A stretch of 64,000 nt of DNA, from the IMG/VR virus record IMGVR_UViG_3300023055_000005; one strand, 5' to 3'. Within the stretch, counting starts at the first letter, position 1, and the number at the start of each line of letters is the position of its first letter. Positions 17,194 through 27,228 of the stretch are shown here, in pieces. Source of the DNA: a virus. Lineage: Duplodnaviria > Caudoviricetes. The notes under the pieces are model-generated. The model searched no databases and had not been told where the DNA came from. It worked only from the letters and a program-made list of their open reading frames with translations. The translations under genes were made by a program, and so were the position numbers.

Positions 17194-19173
17194 ATGAGTG
17201 TGAACACCGAAGAAAACGGCGCCCAGGCCAACTCCCGTGATCGTGCACGTGAATCCGTGCCGAGCAACAGCGAGCGCCGCGAAGACCGCAGCGACCGTCA
17301 GGCCGAAGGCCGTGCCAACCGCGAAACGCGCGCCAACCGCCGTGCCAGCGTCTCCAGCATCGAAGCCGATCTGGCGCGCCCGATGTCCATCGAAGGCAAC
17401 GGCGAACTGCTGACCGTCGTCAAGAACAAGATCCAGGACATCCTGAAGGACAACCTGAAGTCGACCTACGACGGCAGCTTCGGCGTGCTGGCCCTGGATC
17501 GCAACCAGATCAAGACCGGCTTCTCGGTCCTGGTGATCTACTTCAATGAGCGTTCGGGCAACAGCCAGTACACCGGCGCGTTCAAGCTGATCCTGGAAGG
17601 CACCGGCAGCGGCGCCCGCCTGACCCGTCCGGTCAACATCGGTTCGAGCAGCTACACCCGCCAGCTGGTTGCCGGCGACCTGGAAGGCCCGGCCCTGACC
17701 GACAAGATCAGCCGTGCGCTGGCCGAACTGAGCGGCGCCAGCGTCGAGCTGTACGACGCCGGCACGATGGTGATCCACAACACCGTGGACCCGGAGAAGC
17801 ACGAAGGCAAGCTGAAGCAGTGCGTGCAGATCGCCACCCAGGCCTGCTTCACCGTCCTGGACCGCGCCACCGGCCAGCAGGAAACCCCCTTCTCGCCGCA
17901 GCTGCTGGGCAAGAAGACCGTCCTGTCCGTGAACATCGACAGCAACCCGACCCCGCTGGTCTCCGCCGGTGGTCTGCCGATCCGTACCGACTTCTCCATC
18001 GAACTGTCCGCCAGCGAAAACCGCAGCCGCGATGATCGTGACCGTGACGATGCCACCGACGAAGAAGTGCTGCACAGCACCGACGTTGGCCTGACCCGCC
18101 TCGACGGCTACATGGACCTGGTGTACATCCCGCAGGGCCGCGACAACGACCGCCGTCGTGACCGTCGCAACCGTCGCGACTACGTCGATCCGCTCTACCA
18201 GCCGGCGCTGGTCATCACCCGTGCGGCCAACCGCATCTCGGCGCTGACCATGGAGCTGTTCCTGCTCGCCATCGCGACCTCCACCATCATGGATCGTCGC
18301 CAGGAGTGGGTGAACCAGTTCCTGCGCCACGACGACGCCCGTGCTCACCTGCGTGACATCGGCGCCATCGGCTACGAGCTGGCCCCGCACCTGGAGCCGG
18401 GCGCCAAGGGCGAGCTGATCGACACCACCCGTGCCGACTTCGATCGTCGCGCTCTGAACGAGCTGATCGAAGATGCCATGTCCCCGGACCTCGTCGTGCG
18501 CATGCACATCGAAGAATCCGGCGACCAGTCCTGGCTGTCGCTGGCGCTGCTGGCTGCGGCTGAAGGTGGCAAGGGTAGCGGTGACGTGGCCGACATGATC
18601 TACAAGGCTGCCGACAACCTGACCGACGGCAACTTCGGTGATCGCTTCAAGGAACTGGGCGGCAGCAAGATCGCGATCGACCTGAGCGACCGCATCATCC
18701 TGGGCACGTACAAGGACAAGCACGGCGAAACGCGCGACCCGCGTGAAGTCGATGACTACCTGGCCTCGCTGAACCTGTTCGGCAAGAACGACATGGACAT
18801 CGTCGAAGACCTGTCGATGACCCATGACGACGTCGATGCGCCGCTGGCGGTCCGCCTGCACAAGCGTACCGAGATCCTCCGTCACGCCACCAACGAGACG
18901 CTGGAAATCAAGGCCTACGCCCGCGCCATCGAGTTCACCTCCGAGTTCATCGAAGCGCTGGTGCTCGGCCTGCAGGACGCCGACATGGACATGCGTTCCA
19001 ACAGCCTGAACATGGACTACCGCCAGGGCACCAGCCGTGGTCGTGCCGACGCCACCCGCAACGCCATCCGTTCGGACCGCGTGTCGAGCCTGTACCGCGA
19101 CGGCGGCCGCGAGCGCGATACCGGTGGCCGTGGTTCGGCCTTCGGCCGTGGTCGTTACGCCAACCGCTGGTAA
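17194..19173 (+). CDS. chmA: Chimallin, major phage nuclear shell protein
   Basis: 659 aa with extreme codon bias. Segments P.RTDFSIEL, GYMDLVY, YQPALVIT and LELFLLAI. Lies directly upstream of the nvRNAP beta' N gene, as in phiKZ gp54-gp55. Confidence 0.88.
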   Translation: MSVNTEENGAQANSRDRARESVPSNSERREDRSDRQAEGRANRETRANRRASVSSIEADLARPMSIEGNGELLTVVKNKIQDILKDNLKSTYDGSFGVLALDRNQIKTGFSVLVIYFNERSGNSQYTGAFKLILEGTGSGARLTRPVNIGSSSYTRQLVAGDLEGPALTDKISRALAELSGASVELYDAGTMVIHNTVDPEKHEGKLKQCVQIATQACFTVLDRATGQQETPFSPQLLGKKTVLSVNIDSNPTPLVSAGGLPIRTDFSIELSASENRSRDDRDRDDATDEEVLHSTDVGLTRLDGYMDLVYIPQGRDNDRRRDRRNRRDYVDPLYQPALVITRAANRISALTMELFLLAIATSTIMDRRQEWVNQFLRHDDARAHLRDIGAIGYELAPHLEPGAKGELIDTTRADFDRRALNELIEDAMSPDLVVRMHIEESGDQSWLSLALLAAAEGGKGSGDVADMIYKAADNLTDGNFGDRFKELGGSKIAIDLSDRIILGTYKDKHGETRDPREVDDYLASLNLFGKNDMDIVEDLSMTHDDVDAPLAVRLHKRTEILRHATNETLEIKAYARAIEFTSEFIEALVLGLQDADMDMRSNSLNMDYRQGTSRGRADATRNAIRSDRVSSLYRDGGRERDTGGRGSAFGRGRYANRW

Positions 19174-19213
19174 GCAACAAGCGCACTGCGCAAGTAGTGT
19201 GTTGATGTAGATG

Positions 19214-19250
19214 AGAGGCCGGGGGGTAAAACCCCCGGTCTTTCTTTTTT
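19214..19250 (+). terminator. Intrinsic terminator after chmA
   Basis: AGGCCGGGGG-gtaaaa-CCCCCGGTCT followed by a T-tract. Confidence 0.8.
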
Positions 19251-19277
19251 GTCTCTATGCCCTAGCGGAGATTTTCC

Positions 19278-20696
19278 TTGTCAATCATGTTTGAGATCGT
19301 GGACCATAACAAGCTGTTCCAGAGCTTGTCCGTGGATCCGCTTTTCATCAACGATTTCGATTTGAAAACGGAAGAGGACCGTAAGCGGCTCGACTCACGA
19401 CTGTTCACACGTTACGAGGGCGACTCGCCTTTGGACGTATTGCCGCGCTGCCAGTGCGGTCACCTGACAGGCGGACGCTTCACCGGGATGATCTGTCCCG
19501 AGTGCGGCTACCAATGTCTGGTGGTCAGTGAGCGCAACATCGAATCGGACATGTGGATGGCGCCACCGGAAGGTGTGCGTGCTTTCATCAATCCACTGAT
19601 CTGGGTCATCTTCAGCAAGTACATGACCCACTCCGGTTTCAACGTTCTGGAATACCTGGTCAACCCGTATTACAAGGCCAACCGCTATCCCGAGCAAATC
19701 ATGGAGCGCCTGCGTCGTGCAGACATTCCACGGGGTATCAACTTCTTCCATGACAATTTCGACAAGATCTTCGAGATTCTCATGAAGGAGCGCCTGCTGA
19801 ACATCCGCAAGGATGAGAAGGCTGACCTGATCCAGTTCGTCAACGAGAACCGCCCCGCAATCTTCTCCAAGTACCTGCCGATCCCCAACAAGATGTCTTT
19901 CGTGGCAGAAGACACCAGCGTTGGGTTCTTCATGGACACGCAAATGGCCACCCCGGCCTTTGCTGCATTCCGGACGATCTCCGGTGCTGTGAACTCGGTA
20001 AGGCCGCTCTCGCTGGATGTCCTCCAGTCACGAGCAGTGAAAGCCAACGTGCTGATGACTCAGTACTACATGGCCTTCCATGGCAAACCCTTCGGTGCAC
20101 GTGAAGGGTGGTCGCGTAAACACATCTTCGGCTCGCGTCTGTTCTTCAGCGCACGAGCAGTGATCTCCTCGCTCAGCGAGAACCATCACTACGAAGAAGC
20201 GCACCTGCCGTGGTCCCTGGCCGTGGTCGGTTACAAGCTCCACATCCAGAACAAGCTCAAGCGGCTGGGCATGACGCCCAAGGAGGCCGCGCGATACATC
20301 AACGATCACACCCTGCGTTACGATCCGTTGATCGACAGCATCTTCAAGGAACTGATCGAAGAGTCGCCCCACGGCGGCCTGCCGATTATCCTGCAACGCA
20401 ATCCTACCCTTGACCGCCTGAGTGCTCAGCGGTTCTTGGTGACGAAGATCAAGACCAACGTACGTGACGTTACCATCTCCATGTCGGTGCTGACTCTGGT
20501 CGGCCCCAACGCAGATTACGATGGCGACGCCCTGAACGTTATCCTGATTCTCGACAAGGATATGTATGACAAGCTTCAACGCCTGTCACCCCACCTCGGG
20601 GTGCTGGACTTGATGGCCCCGCGAACCATCTCCAATAACGTGAAGCTGCCGGGTCCGGTAGTCTCGACGATTGCAGACTGGCTCTCAAGAGCATAG
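19278..20696 (+). CDS. rpoC: Non-virion RNA polymerase beta' N-terminal/catalytic subunit (gp55-56.1-like)
   Basis: Zn ribbon CQC..CPEC, FSARAVIS, LQRNPTL and catalytic NADYDGD. Confidence 0.93.
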   Translation: MSIMFEIVDHNKLFQSLSVDPLFINDFDLKTEEDRKRLDSRLFTRYEGDSPLDVLPRCQCGHLTGGRFTGMICPECGYQCLVVSERNIESDMWMAPPEGVRAFINPLIWVIFSKYMTHSGFNVLEYLVNPYYKANRYPEQIMERLRRADIPRGINFFHDNFDKIFEILMKERLLNIRKDEKADLIQFVNENRPAIFSKYLPIPNKMSFVAEDTSVGFFMDTQMATPAFAAFRTISGAVNSVRPLSLDVLQSRAVKANVLMTQYYMAFHGKPFGAREGWSRKHIFGSRLFFSARAVISSLSENHHYEEAHLPWSLAVVGYKLHIQNKLKRLGMTPKEAARYINDHTLRYDPLIDSIFKELIEESPHGGLPIILQRNPTLDRLSAQRFLVTKIKTNVRDVTISMSVLTLVGPNADYDGDALNVILILDKDMYDKLQRLSPHLGVLDLMAPRTISNNVKLPGPVVSTIADWLSRA

Positions 20697-20770
20697 CGGG
20701 GATACGCGCGGCATACGGGAGGGGCGCAAGCCCCTCCCGCTATGTTGTTTCTCAACTTGGATGATCCCCC

Positions 20771-21304
20771 ATGGACACCATAGACCCACAAGGTGATGAT
20801 AACCGTCATGAGCTGAATACTCTACTCCATCAAACTCTCCGGTCCTTCTCTCGCAGACACTACCGCATTCCTGCCCACTTCGGCGGAAAGCAGTTCTTGT
20901 GCAATGCAGAGAATGACTTCAAGGTCTGCTTGAATAAGCGGAACGTAGAGATCGTAGGATTCTCTCACGACGGCGAAAAGAAGCGTAACCTGCGGGTCTC
21001 TGAAGTACACGAGACGGTGAATAACCAAGCCCGTATGGAATACGTTGAACGTTTGCTGGAGTTGTACAAGAGGACGATCGACAAGGACCGTAGCGGGATC
21101 TACTACGTTTTGGAACATCCTTACCGCGAAGGCGCCATCAGGAATCGCTTGCTGTCCTTCGCCTCCACAGTGCTAAACGACAAGTTGCATCTGGGAGTTG
21201 AATATAGCTGTGCGTCTAACCTGATGCTTGTTACGATCAACAGTCACAAAGGCGATCGTCGATTGATGATGATGCCGATCACCCCCGTTCCAAGAATACT
21301 CTGA
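20771..21304 (+). CDS. Hypothetical protein
   Basis: 177-aa ORF. No motif recognised. Confidence 0.6.
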   Translation: MDTIDPQGDDNRHELNTLLHQTLRSFSRRHYRIPAHFGGKQFLCNAENDFKVCLNKRNVEIVGFSHDGEKKRNLRVSEVHETVNNQARMEYVERLLELYKRTIDKDRSGIYYVLEHPYREGAIRNRLLSFASTVLNDKLHLGVEYSCASNLMLVTINSHKGDRRLMMMPITPVPRIL

Positions 21305-21408
21305 TCCAGTCCCCGTTAAGGGATCGCTGGGATTGCTGTACAATCGATGGCCTGTAATAGTTGGAAGAAGAAAAGAGTTCCCCCGCTCTTTTCTTTTGTC
21401 GTCAAAAC

Positions 21409-21429
21409 AGTTTCAGACCTACACTATCT
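21409..21429 (+). promoter_or_regulatory. Early-type promoter (identical to 9638-9658)
   Basis: AGTTTCAGACCTACACTATCT preceded by AAAAC. Confidence 0.65.
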
Positions 21430-21491
21430 AAAAGAATACGGATGAAGGGATATGGTGTGATGTATCCCTATTCCACCTAACGAGTCCAGAA

Positions 21492-22001
21492 ATGAAACAG
21501 GGGACAATTACCAAGGTGGCAATGGCGCTGTTTGAGGCCCTCGCGCCTGACTACTCAGAGGAAGAGAAGGTCAGATACGCGAAGCATTGCCACATGGTGA
21601 CCGAGCACACCAATCCACGACGGATTCGGTATCGGGCAGGAGAAGTGTCGCTGTCGGGGCGAGCCAAGAGTGTTGAACTCCAGGCCACGTACCACGGAAA
21701 GACTACCTACGCGTTTCATCCGCCGCTTCAGAACCTTGAAGCGGAGATCATCTTCGCCATCCTTGACTGCTACAAGAACGGTACTGGCATCAGCCACATC
21801 GTCTTGGAGGAGATCAACAAAGATGGCACGCAGCTCGCGGTTCGTGAGGTGTCGATCAAGGAACTGATGCGTATCATCGTACCCGAAGCCATTTTGCTGA
21901 AAGACAGCAATGCACGGGTCACGTTGGAGTTCGAAGACAAGTATCTACAATTAGGCGGCACAGGCGACGTTGCAGCGCGACGCGTCTACTTCCGCGAATA
22001 A
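21492..22001 (+). CDS. Hypothetical protein
   Basis: 169-aa ORF between an early promoter and a UACG hairpin + ATGCCC (22005-22034). Confidence 0.7.
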   Translation: MKQGTITKVAMALFEALAPDYSEEEKVRYAKHCHMVTEHTNPRRIRYRAGEVSLSGRAKSVELQATYHGKTTYAFHPPLQNLEAEIIFAILDCYKNGTGISHIVLEEINKDGTQLAVREVSIKELMRIIVPEAILLKDSNARVTLEFEDKYLQLGGTGDVAARRVYFRE

Positions 22002-22113
22002 ACCAGAGGAGGGCTACGGCCCTCCTCTATGCCCTAATCCCATAGATTCTATTGAAAATGGACTAAAAAACTACATAGAGAACCTACCATATGCAATCAT
22101 TAGAGGAGCAGTA

Positions 22114-22734
22114 ATGGCCAGATTTTTCGAAGGGGATGAAGAGTCCTTTGACTACATGTTCTACGGGGAGCAAGACCGTAGGATGGAGTCGTTCATCTCT
22201 GACAGACTGGAACGTGCATCCTCAGGACTTCAGCGAGCAAGCTCGGAGTTCTTGGACCGTGCCAGAGGGATGTACGATCGTTTCTACAATTCGGATGCTG
22301 TCCGCTATGCTCGCGCTGCGGCGCGTGTGGTGGAAAGCGTTTGGATCAGTGATGAGGTTCGTCGCCTCACCAGCCTGAAGGCCCTGCAGACCGCCAAGCC
22401 GCGCATGCAGCGCTGGTTGATGGCTGAGCCCACCTACCGCAAGCTGTTCAATGAAGGCAAGGCTGCGGGCTATGGTGAGAGCTACGAGAACTTGGACCCC
22501 GGCAAGCTGGGTGAAGAGCACTACGACTATCGCCGCGTCATGTCTGGCATGATGATCGATGGTGAGGGTGACGAAGACTGGGTGGCAACGACCTACGACG
22601 AAGACCTGTACGACGAAAACGATCGTCTGTCGGTTGACGAGCAGGTGGACATCACCGAGTCCTGGCACCTGATGGCGCACTACGCCAAACTGGGCAAGAA
22701 TGACCCCGGCAGTCGTTTCGACGACGAGCTGTAA
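22114..22734 (+). CDS. Conserved phiKZ-like protein (gp59-like, candidate import factor)
   Basis: GAGGAG SD, ATG 22114. MQRWLMAEP and GYGESY..LDPG..GE.HYDYRRVM.G motifs. Syntenic position. Confidence 0.68.
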   Translation: MARFFEGDEESFDYMFYGEQDRRMESFISDRLERASSGLQRASSEFLDRARGMYDRFYNSDAVRYARAAARVVESVWISDEVRRLTSLKALQTAKPRMQRWLMAEPTYRKLFNEGKAAGYGESYENLDPGKLGEEHYDYRRVMSGMMIDGEGDEDWVATTYDEDLYDENDRLSVDEQVDITESWHLMAHYAKLGKNDPGSRFDDEL

Positions 22735-22788
22735 GAAATGGTATAGGCCGCCTCCATTTGGGGGCGGCACATTTCAACGGAGCTCGCA

Positions 22789-23184
22789 ATGCCTGGTATC
22801 TTCACGTTGTCTTCCAAAGGGCCTGCACGAAGCATTCAGGAGACCGCCGATACGGCAGTTGCGCACTTCCTGATTGCTGAGTATTCGCAGAGCACCATGT
22901 TCGCCGATAACGTCCAGTCGTTCCCCTGGATCATTCAGGCATTCTCCAGTGATGAGTCTGCCCTGAAGCGTCAGATCGAGGATCGACTGCAGCAACACCT
23001 GTCACATTACTTCGATGGTTCGCAGGTCGAAGTAAGCACCAGTGAGAAAGTGGTGGGCGATGAGAATCGACTGCATGTGGTTATCACCGCAACCGTGACT
23101 CGCGATGGCTATGCCTACTGCGTTGGGCACGAAATCAGTACCTACCAAGGTGCAGTGCTGCGCATCATGAAGCTCAGCAACTGA
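22789..23184 (+). CDS. Conserved small protein, T4 gp25-like baseplate-wedge fold candidate
   Basis: LSSKG...ETAD...FLIAEYSQS.MF pattern and a C-terminal beta-sheet. Confidence 0.55.
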   Translation: MPGIFTLSSKGPARSIQETADTAVAHFLIAEYSQSTMFADNVQSFPWIIQAFSSDESALKRQIEDRLQQHLSHYFDGSQVEVSTSEKVVGDENRLHVVITATVTRDGYAYCVGHEISTYQGAVLRIMKLSN

Positions 23185-23221
23185 CCTTATTTTTTTCTTT
23201 CAAAAACAGGCTCTATTAGAA

Positions 23222-24292
23222 ATGACCCAGACCGCAATGTTGCCGAAGAACGACCCGCGCGTTGGTGCTGAACTGGACAAGTTGATCCAGGCACTGAGCG
23301 ATTTCGAAGCCGATGAAACCGGTGACCTCGGTAAGGCGACCAGCCAGCTGATCACCATCCTGCAGAACCCCGAAGCGGCACTGGCCATCGGCGCCTTCCG
23401 CGATGACCTGGTGCAGCTGCTGAACCTGACCCAGCCGGCCAGCGAACAGCAGATCGCCGATGAACTGCTGATGCACAACCCCGGCACCCTGCGCACCCTG
23501 GGCGACATGTCCGGCATCCCGTACGGCGACCGCGCCGGCCGCTTCGAAGGTCATGAAGCTGCCATGGAACTGGACACCCTGCAGGAACTGCCGGCCTTCG
23601 ACGCAGGTGCCGAAGACATCGTCGGCGGCGCCACCAGCCCCGAGTACGACGAAACCGTGCGCAACGACTTCGTCCTCGCCGTCGGCCAGGTCGCCGATCC
23701 GGCCACGGCCGATCTGCTGACCCGCCTGTACGACCAGGTCCAGCAGGCCAACCGCAAGGTACAGCACCTGGAACAGCAGAACCGCCAGATGGCTGCCCGC
23801 CTGGCCGAGCCGCTGCGCCAGATCGTCGACGGCACTGCCCGCCAGATCGCCGAACTGCGCCAGGGTCTGGCTGACCTGCGCGATGACGCCGGCTACCTGT
23901 CCTTCGGCGCCTTCCACGACCTGCTGACCACCGCGTCCAAGAACGTGGACCGCACCATGCAGGCCCGCCACAACCATCGCATCAACAAAGCCCGCACCTC
24001 GGTGGAGTTCTCCGAGCAGAAGATCGACGACCGCTCGGTCCTGGTCACCCTGTCCCCGCCGAACGATCCGGTCACTCCGAACAAGTTCGAGGTGAAGAAC
24101 CGCATCGACGGCCAGTGGGTGGACGTCTCCAAGGAGATCCCGTCCTACGCGCTGGAAATGGTCTGCGAGCAGCTGCAGGTCCGCGGCCTGAACGACGGCA
24201 AGCGCCGCTGGGCGAACATCGCCATCCAGCAGGACGAACCGGCCGCCGCCGAAGGCGAGCAGCACGACCACGACCACGATCACCAGCACTGA
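23222..24292 (+). CDS. Highly expressed coiled-coil protein with His-rich tail
   Basis: 356 aa with strong codon bias, a central heptad region and C-terminal QHDHDHDHQH. Confidence 0.78.
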   Translation: MTQTAMLPKNDPRVGAELDKLIQALSDFEADETGDLGKATSQLITILQNPEAALAIGAFRDDLVQLLNLTQPASEQQIADELLMHNPGTLRTLGDMSGIPYGDRAGRFEGHEAAMELDTLQELPAFDAGAEDIVGGATSPEYDETVRNDFVLAVGQVADPATADLLTRLYDQVQQANRKVQHLEQQNRQMAARLAEPLRQIVDGTARQIAELRQGLADLRDDAGYLSFGAFHDLLTTASKNVDRTMQARHNHRINKARTSVEFSEQKIDDRSVLVTLSPPNDPVTPNKFEVKNRIDGQWVDVSKEIPSYALEMVCEQLQVRGLNDGKRRWANIAIQQDEPAAAEGEQHDHDHDHQH

Positions 24293-24350
24293 TCGTGAAG
24301 TAACCACTGACCCGGTGAATTAAGTAGCCGGGTCTTTCAAGGCGAAGAAC

Positions 24351-24950
24351 ATGTCCGACAAAGACAACGGGTCTGTCGATCCCCGATCGATTGATCAAAT
24401 CCTGACCGAGCGTCAGGCTGCTCCGTTCGTGAAGGCACTGAAGCACATTCTCGATATGAATGCCGCTGACGTGCCGACCATCACCGAGCACGCCTTCAAG
24501 GCAACCATCCTGCCGTTGCTGACCTCCACGGAAGAAGAAATCAACCTGGAGCCGTGGGTACACGTTGCCGGTAGCCCGAACCGTCCGATCAACGTGGTCG
24601 ACCACACCGGGCAGTTGCTGTTCCAGTTGCCGGCCCTGATGTCCATGCGGGCCACGCATTACGCCATCACCAATGAAGCCTCCTTCTTGGAGATCTTCCG
24701 GCGCACTGAAGCCATCCGCATCAAGAGCCCTTACGCCGCGCGCCGCGCAGCTGAAGAGCTGTTGGCTCAGCGCGTGTTCGACCCCGGCGTGAACTACGAC
24801 ACCGCGGTCATCATGGATGGTATCTTCCGTCGTTACGGCGTGAAGCCGTTGTTCGAAGACGACGGCGACGATGGCACGTCAGCGCCCACTGCTACCACGG
24901 GCGGTGGCAAGACCAATATCAGGCCTCCCGATGCGTTCGAAGAGTTCTAA
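24351..24950 (+). CDS. Conserved hypothetical protein upstream of SbcD
   Basis: ITEHAFKATILPLL and W..VAG.P..P..V.D..G..LF..PAL segments. Confidence 0.72.
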   Translation: MSDKDNGSVDPRSIDQILTERQAAPFVKALKHILDMNAADVPTITEHAFKATILPLLTSTEEEINLEPWVHVAGSPNRPINVVDHTGQLLFQLPALMSMRATHYAITNEASFLEIFRRTEAIRIKSPYAARRAAEELLAQRVFDPGVNYDTAVIMDGIFRRYGVKPLFEDDGDDGTSAPTATTGGGKTNIRPPDAFEEF

Positions 24951-26079
24951 GTATCTGAAGACGATGCAGGTCGGTGATATCCACACCGGCCATGGCAGAA
25001 CCCCGACCACCCACATCCTCAACAATCTGCGTGAGAAGTTCAATCACGAGACCTTGGCGGATGTGGATCTGCTCTGCATCAACGGTGACCTGTTTGACAA
25101 GATCCTCTACTTCCCTAACCCGGTAGTGATTGAGATCCAGTTGTGGGCTGACTATCTGCTGCGCGTCTGTGCCGACTGCAATGTCGTGCTGCGCGTACTG
25201 GAAGGAACTGACTCCCACGATGCCAAGCAGAACACCATGTTCACCACGCTGCTGGAGTCCAACCGTCTGACGTTGGATTTCAAGTACCAGAACACGGTGT
25301 GTATCGAGTACATCGAGAAGCTGGACATCAACGTGTTGTTCATCCCGGACAACTGGCCTTCGGGCATTGATGGGACGTGGCTGGAGGTGCAGAGCCTGCT
25401 GAGGGAGCACGGCTTGGATAAGGTGGACTTTGCCTGCATGCATGGTGCGTTCACGCATCAGCTGCCGGAAGTCGTTGCGATCCATGGTGAGGGCGGGATG
25501 CACAACCCCGACCGGTACTCGGAGATCGTGGAGAAGTACGTCTTCATCAACCATGTGCACAAGCAATCGCGCTACAAGAACATCATCGCACCTGGCTCCT
25601 TTGATCGCCTTGCCCACGGCGAAGAAGAGGACAAGGGGTTTGTTGTTGCCGAGATTGGGTACGACGGAAACGATAAGATCACCTTCGTCACCAACCACAA
25701 GGCAATGATATACAAGACGGTGGATTGCTCAAACCTGACAGCGTCGGAAGTGTTCGAGAAGATCAATGCGTTGGTCGATCTTGGAATGCTGCCCAATGGC
25801 TCCTACCTCAGGGTGCAAGGTAATCGCCACGATCCGGCCGTGATCGGTCTGAAAGAGATCCGTCGTGAGTTCCCCCTGCTCATCTTCGATGACCCCAAGG
25901 TCAACAAAGAGAAAGTCGTTGAAAGTACTCTCTTCACTGATACACGCAATCGTTTTGAAGAAATCACTGTCACACCTGACAATCTAAAACAACTACTCAT
26001 GCCTCGCATCGAGGCTCGACTGGGCGAAGGTGCCCAGTTAACAGGTGTATGCAGTTCCATCATTGATGAGCTTCTCTAA
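24931..26079 (+). CDS. sbcD: SbcD/Mre11-like metallophosphoesterase nuclease
   Basis: GDIH, GDLFD, EGTDSHD, HGAF, NHVH and PGSFDRLAHGEEEDKG motifs. Confidence 0.9.
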   Translation: MRSKSSKYLKTMQVGDIHTGHGRTPTTHILNNLREKFNHETLADVDLLCINGDLFDKILYFPNPVVIEIQLWADYLLRVCADCNVVLRVLEGTDSHDAKQNTMFTTLLESNRLTLDFKYQNTVCIEYIEKLDINVLFIPDNWPSGIDGTWLEVQSLLREHGLDKVDFACMHGAFTHQLPEVVAIHGEGGMHNPDRYSEIVEKYVFINHVHKQSRYKNIIAPGSFDRLAHGEEEDKGFVVAEIGYDGNDKITFVTNHKAMIYKTVDCSNLTASEVFEKINALVDLGMLPNGSYLRVQGNRHDPAVIGLKEIRREFPLLIFDDPKVNKEKVVESTLFTDTRNRFEEITVTPDNLKQLLMPRIEARLGEGAQLTGVCSSIIDELL

Positions 26080-26090
26080 AGGAGAGTTCT

Positions 26091-27218
26091 GTGAGCAAGT
26101 TTGAGAGTGCTGTAAGTGTCGCATTGAACCAAATCAGCGCCCAGTTTGAGCAGCTGGCCCAAGCTGTCAGGACCGCTTTGCCCCATGCTCCGATCCCCAC
26201 CGGTTATGGGGCTCCAGGGCTGCATTCGCTCATCAGCAACCTGAAGTTGGCCGGTGAGTGCGAGATGGCCGATACCGTCAAGATGCTGCGCGACACTGGG
26301 GCGATTATCCCCAACATGCCGATCGTGGTGAACTACCTCAACGATCGCGATACCGCGTGGGACGGTAGGCTCACCCTTAACCTGAAGCGATTCATCGGCA
26401 GCAATGTCACGGTTGCGTCCGATTTCCTGCATCAGGTGGATGCGCCGATCGTTGTCCGTGATCCGGATGGTCGTTGGACCTTCACCATCAAGGCCAAGGA
26501 CAAGAACACCGGCTTCTATCGGGCAACTGACAAGAGTATTGAGATGACCCTGGAGTTTGTCGACGACAACACCTCGGCCAAGCTCAACCTCTCCCCCATG
26601 GGCAACATGGTCAGTCTCGATGCCAAGACCTTCGTGAAGCACCGCAACGAAGACGTGATGCACGGCAACCCGGCGGTGTTCTCGAAGGACTGGATCAAGA
26701 AGGCTGTCGAAGATCCTCTGGAAGTAGCGCTGATGGATCTGGCAGCCGCCAAGCTCGGCGAGCCGATCATGATCGACGAACTGGGTCAGTGGTTCGCTAG
26801 CCATGCTGATCTGGTGCGGGCCAATCCGAAGCCGGCCGAGTACCATGAGCGCAGCGTCATGTTCGAGCGGTCCATGAAGGACGGCACTTACTACACGGCG
26901 ACCACCCCCAGTCACCACAGCCTGGAGTCGGAGGAGTGCACGATCTTCTTCACCTTCGAGCATCAGGATCAGAACCAGCGCCTCAAGGCACATCTCCAAA
27001 TGAAGTCCGTCGAGGGCGAGTACGTCCACGAAGGGTTCCAGCTGATGTACGAGACGGCCGACGGTCATAACCAGGGTAGCCGGTACTGGAAGAACAGCAT
27101 GGTCGACAAGGCCGAGCTGCTGCGTCTGCAGCGCATCTACGCACCGGTGTTTGAAAAGCTCCGGACAGAGAAAGAAGAACAGGAGGCGGCGCAGTCAGCT
27201 GACACTCCTGTCCACTAG
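26091..27218 (+). CDS. Hypothetical protein
   Basis: 375-aa ORF, GTG start with AAGGAG SD. Confidence 0.72.
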   Translation: MSKFESAVSVALNQISAQFEQLAQAVRTALPHAPIPTGYGAPGLHSLISNLKLAGECEMADTVKMLRDTGAIIPNMPIVVNYLNDRDTAWDGRLTLNLKRFIGSNVTVASDFLHQVDAPIVVRDPDGRWTFTIKAKDKNTGFYRATDKSIEMTLEFVDDNTSAKLNLSPMGNMVSLDAKTFVKHRNEDVMHGNPAVFSKDWIKKAVEDPLEVALMDLAAAKLGEPIMIDELGQWFASHADLVRANPKPAEYHERSVMFERSMKDGTYYTATTPSHHSLESEECTIFFTFEHQDQNQRLKAHLQMKSVEGEYVHEGFQLMYETADGHNQGSRYWKNSMVDKAELLRLQRIYAPVFEKLRTEKEEQEAAQSADTPVH

Positions 27219-27228
27219 GCCCAGGTGA

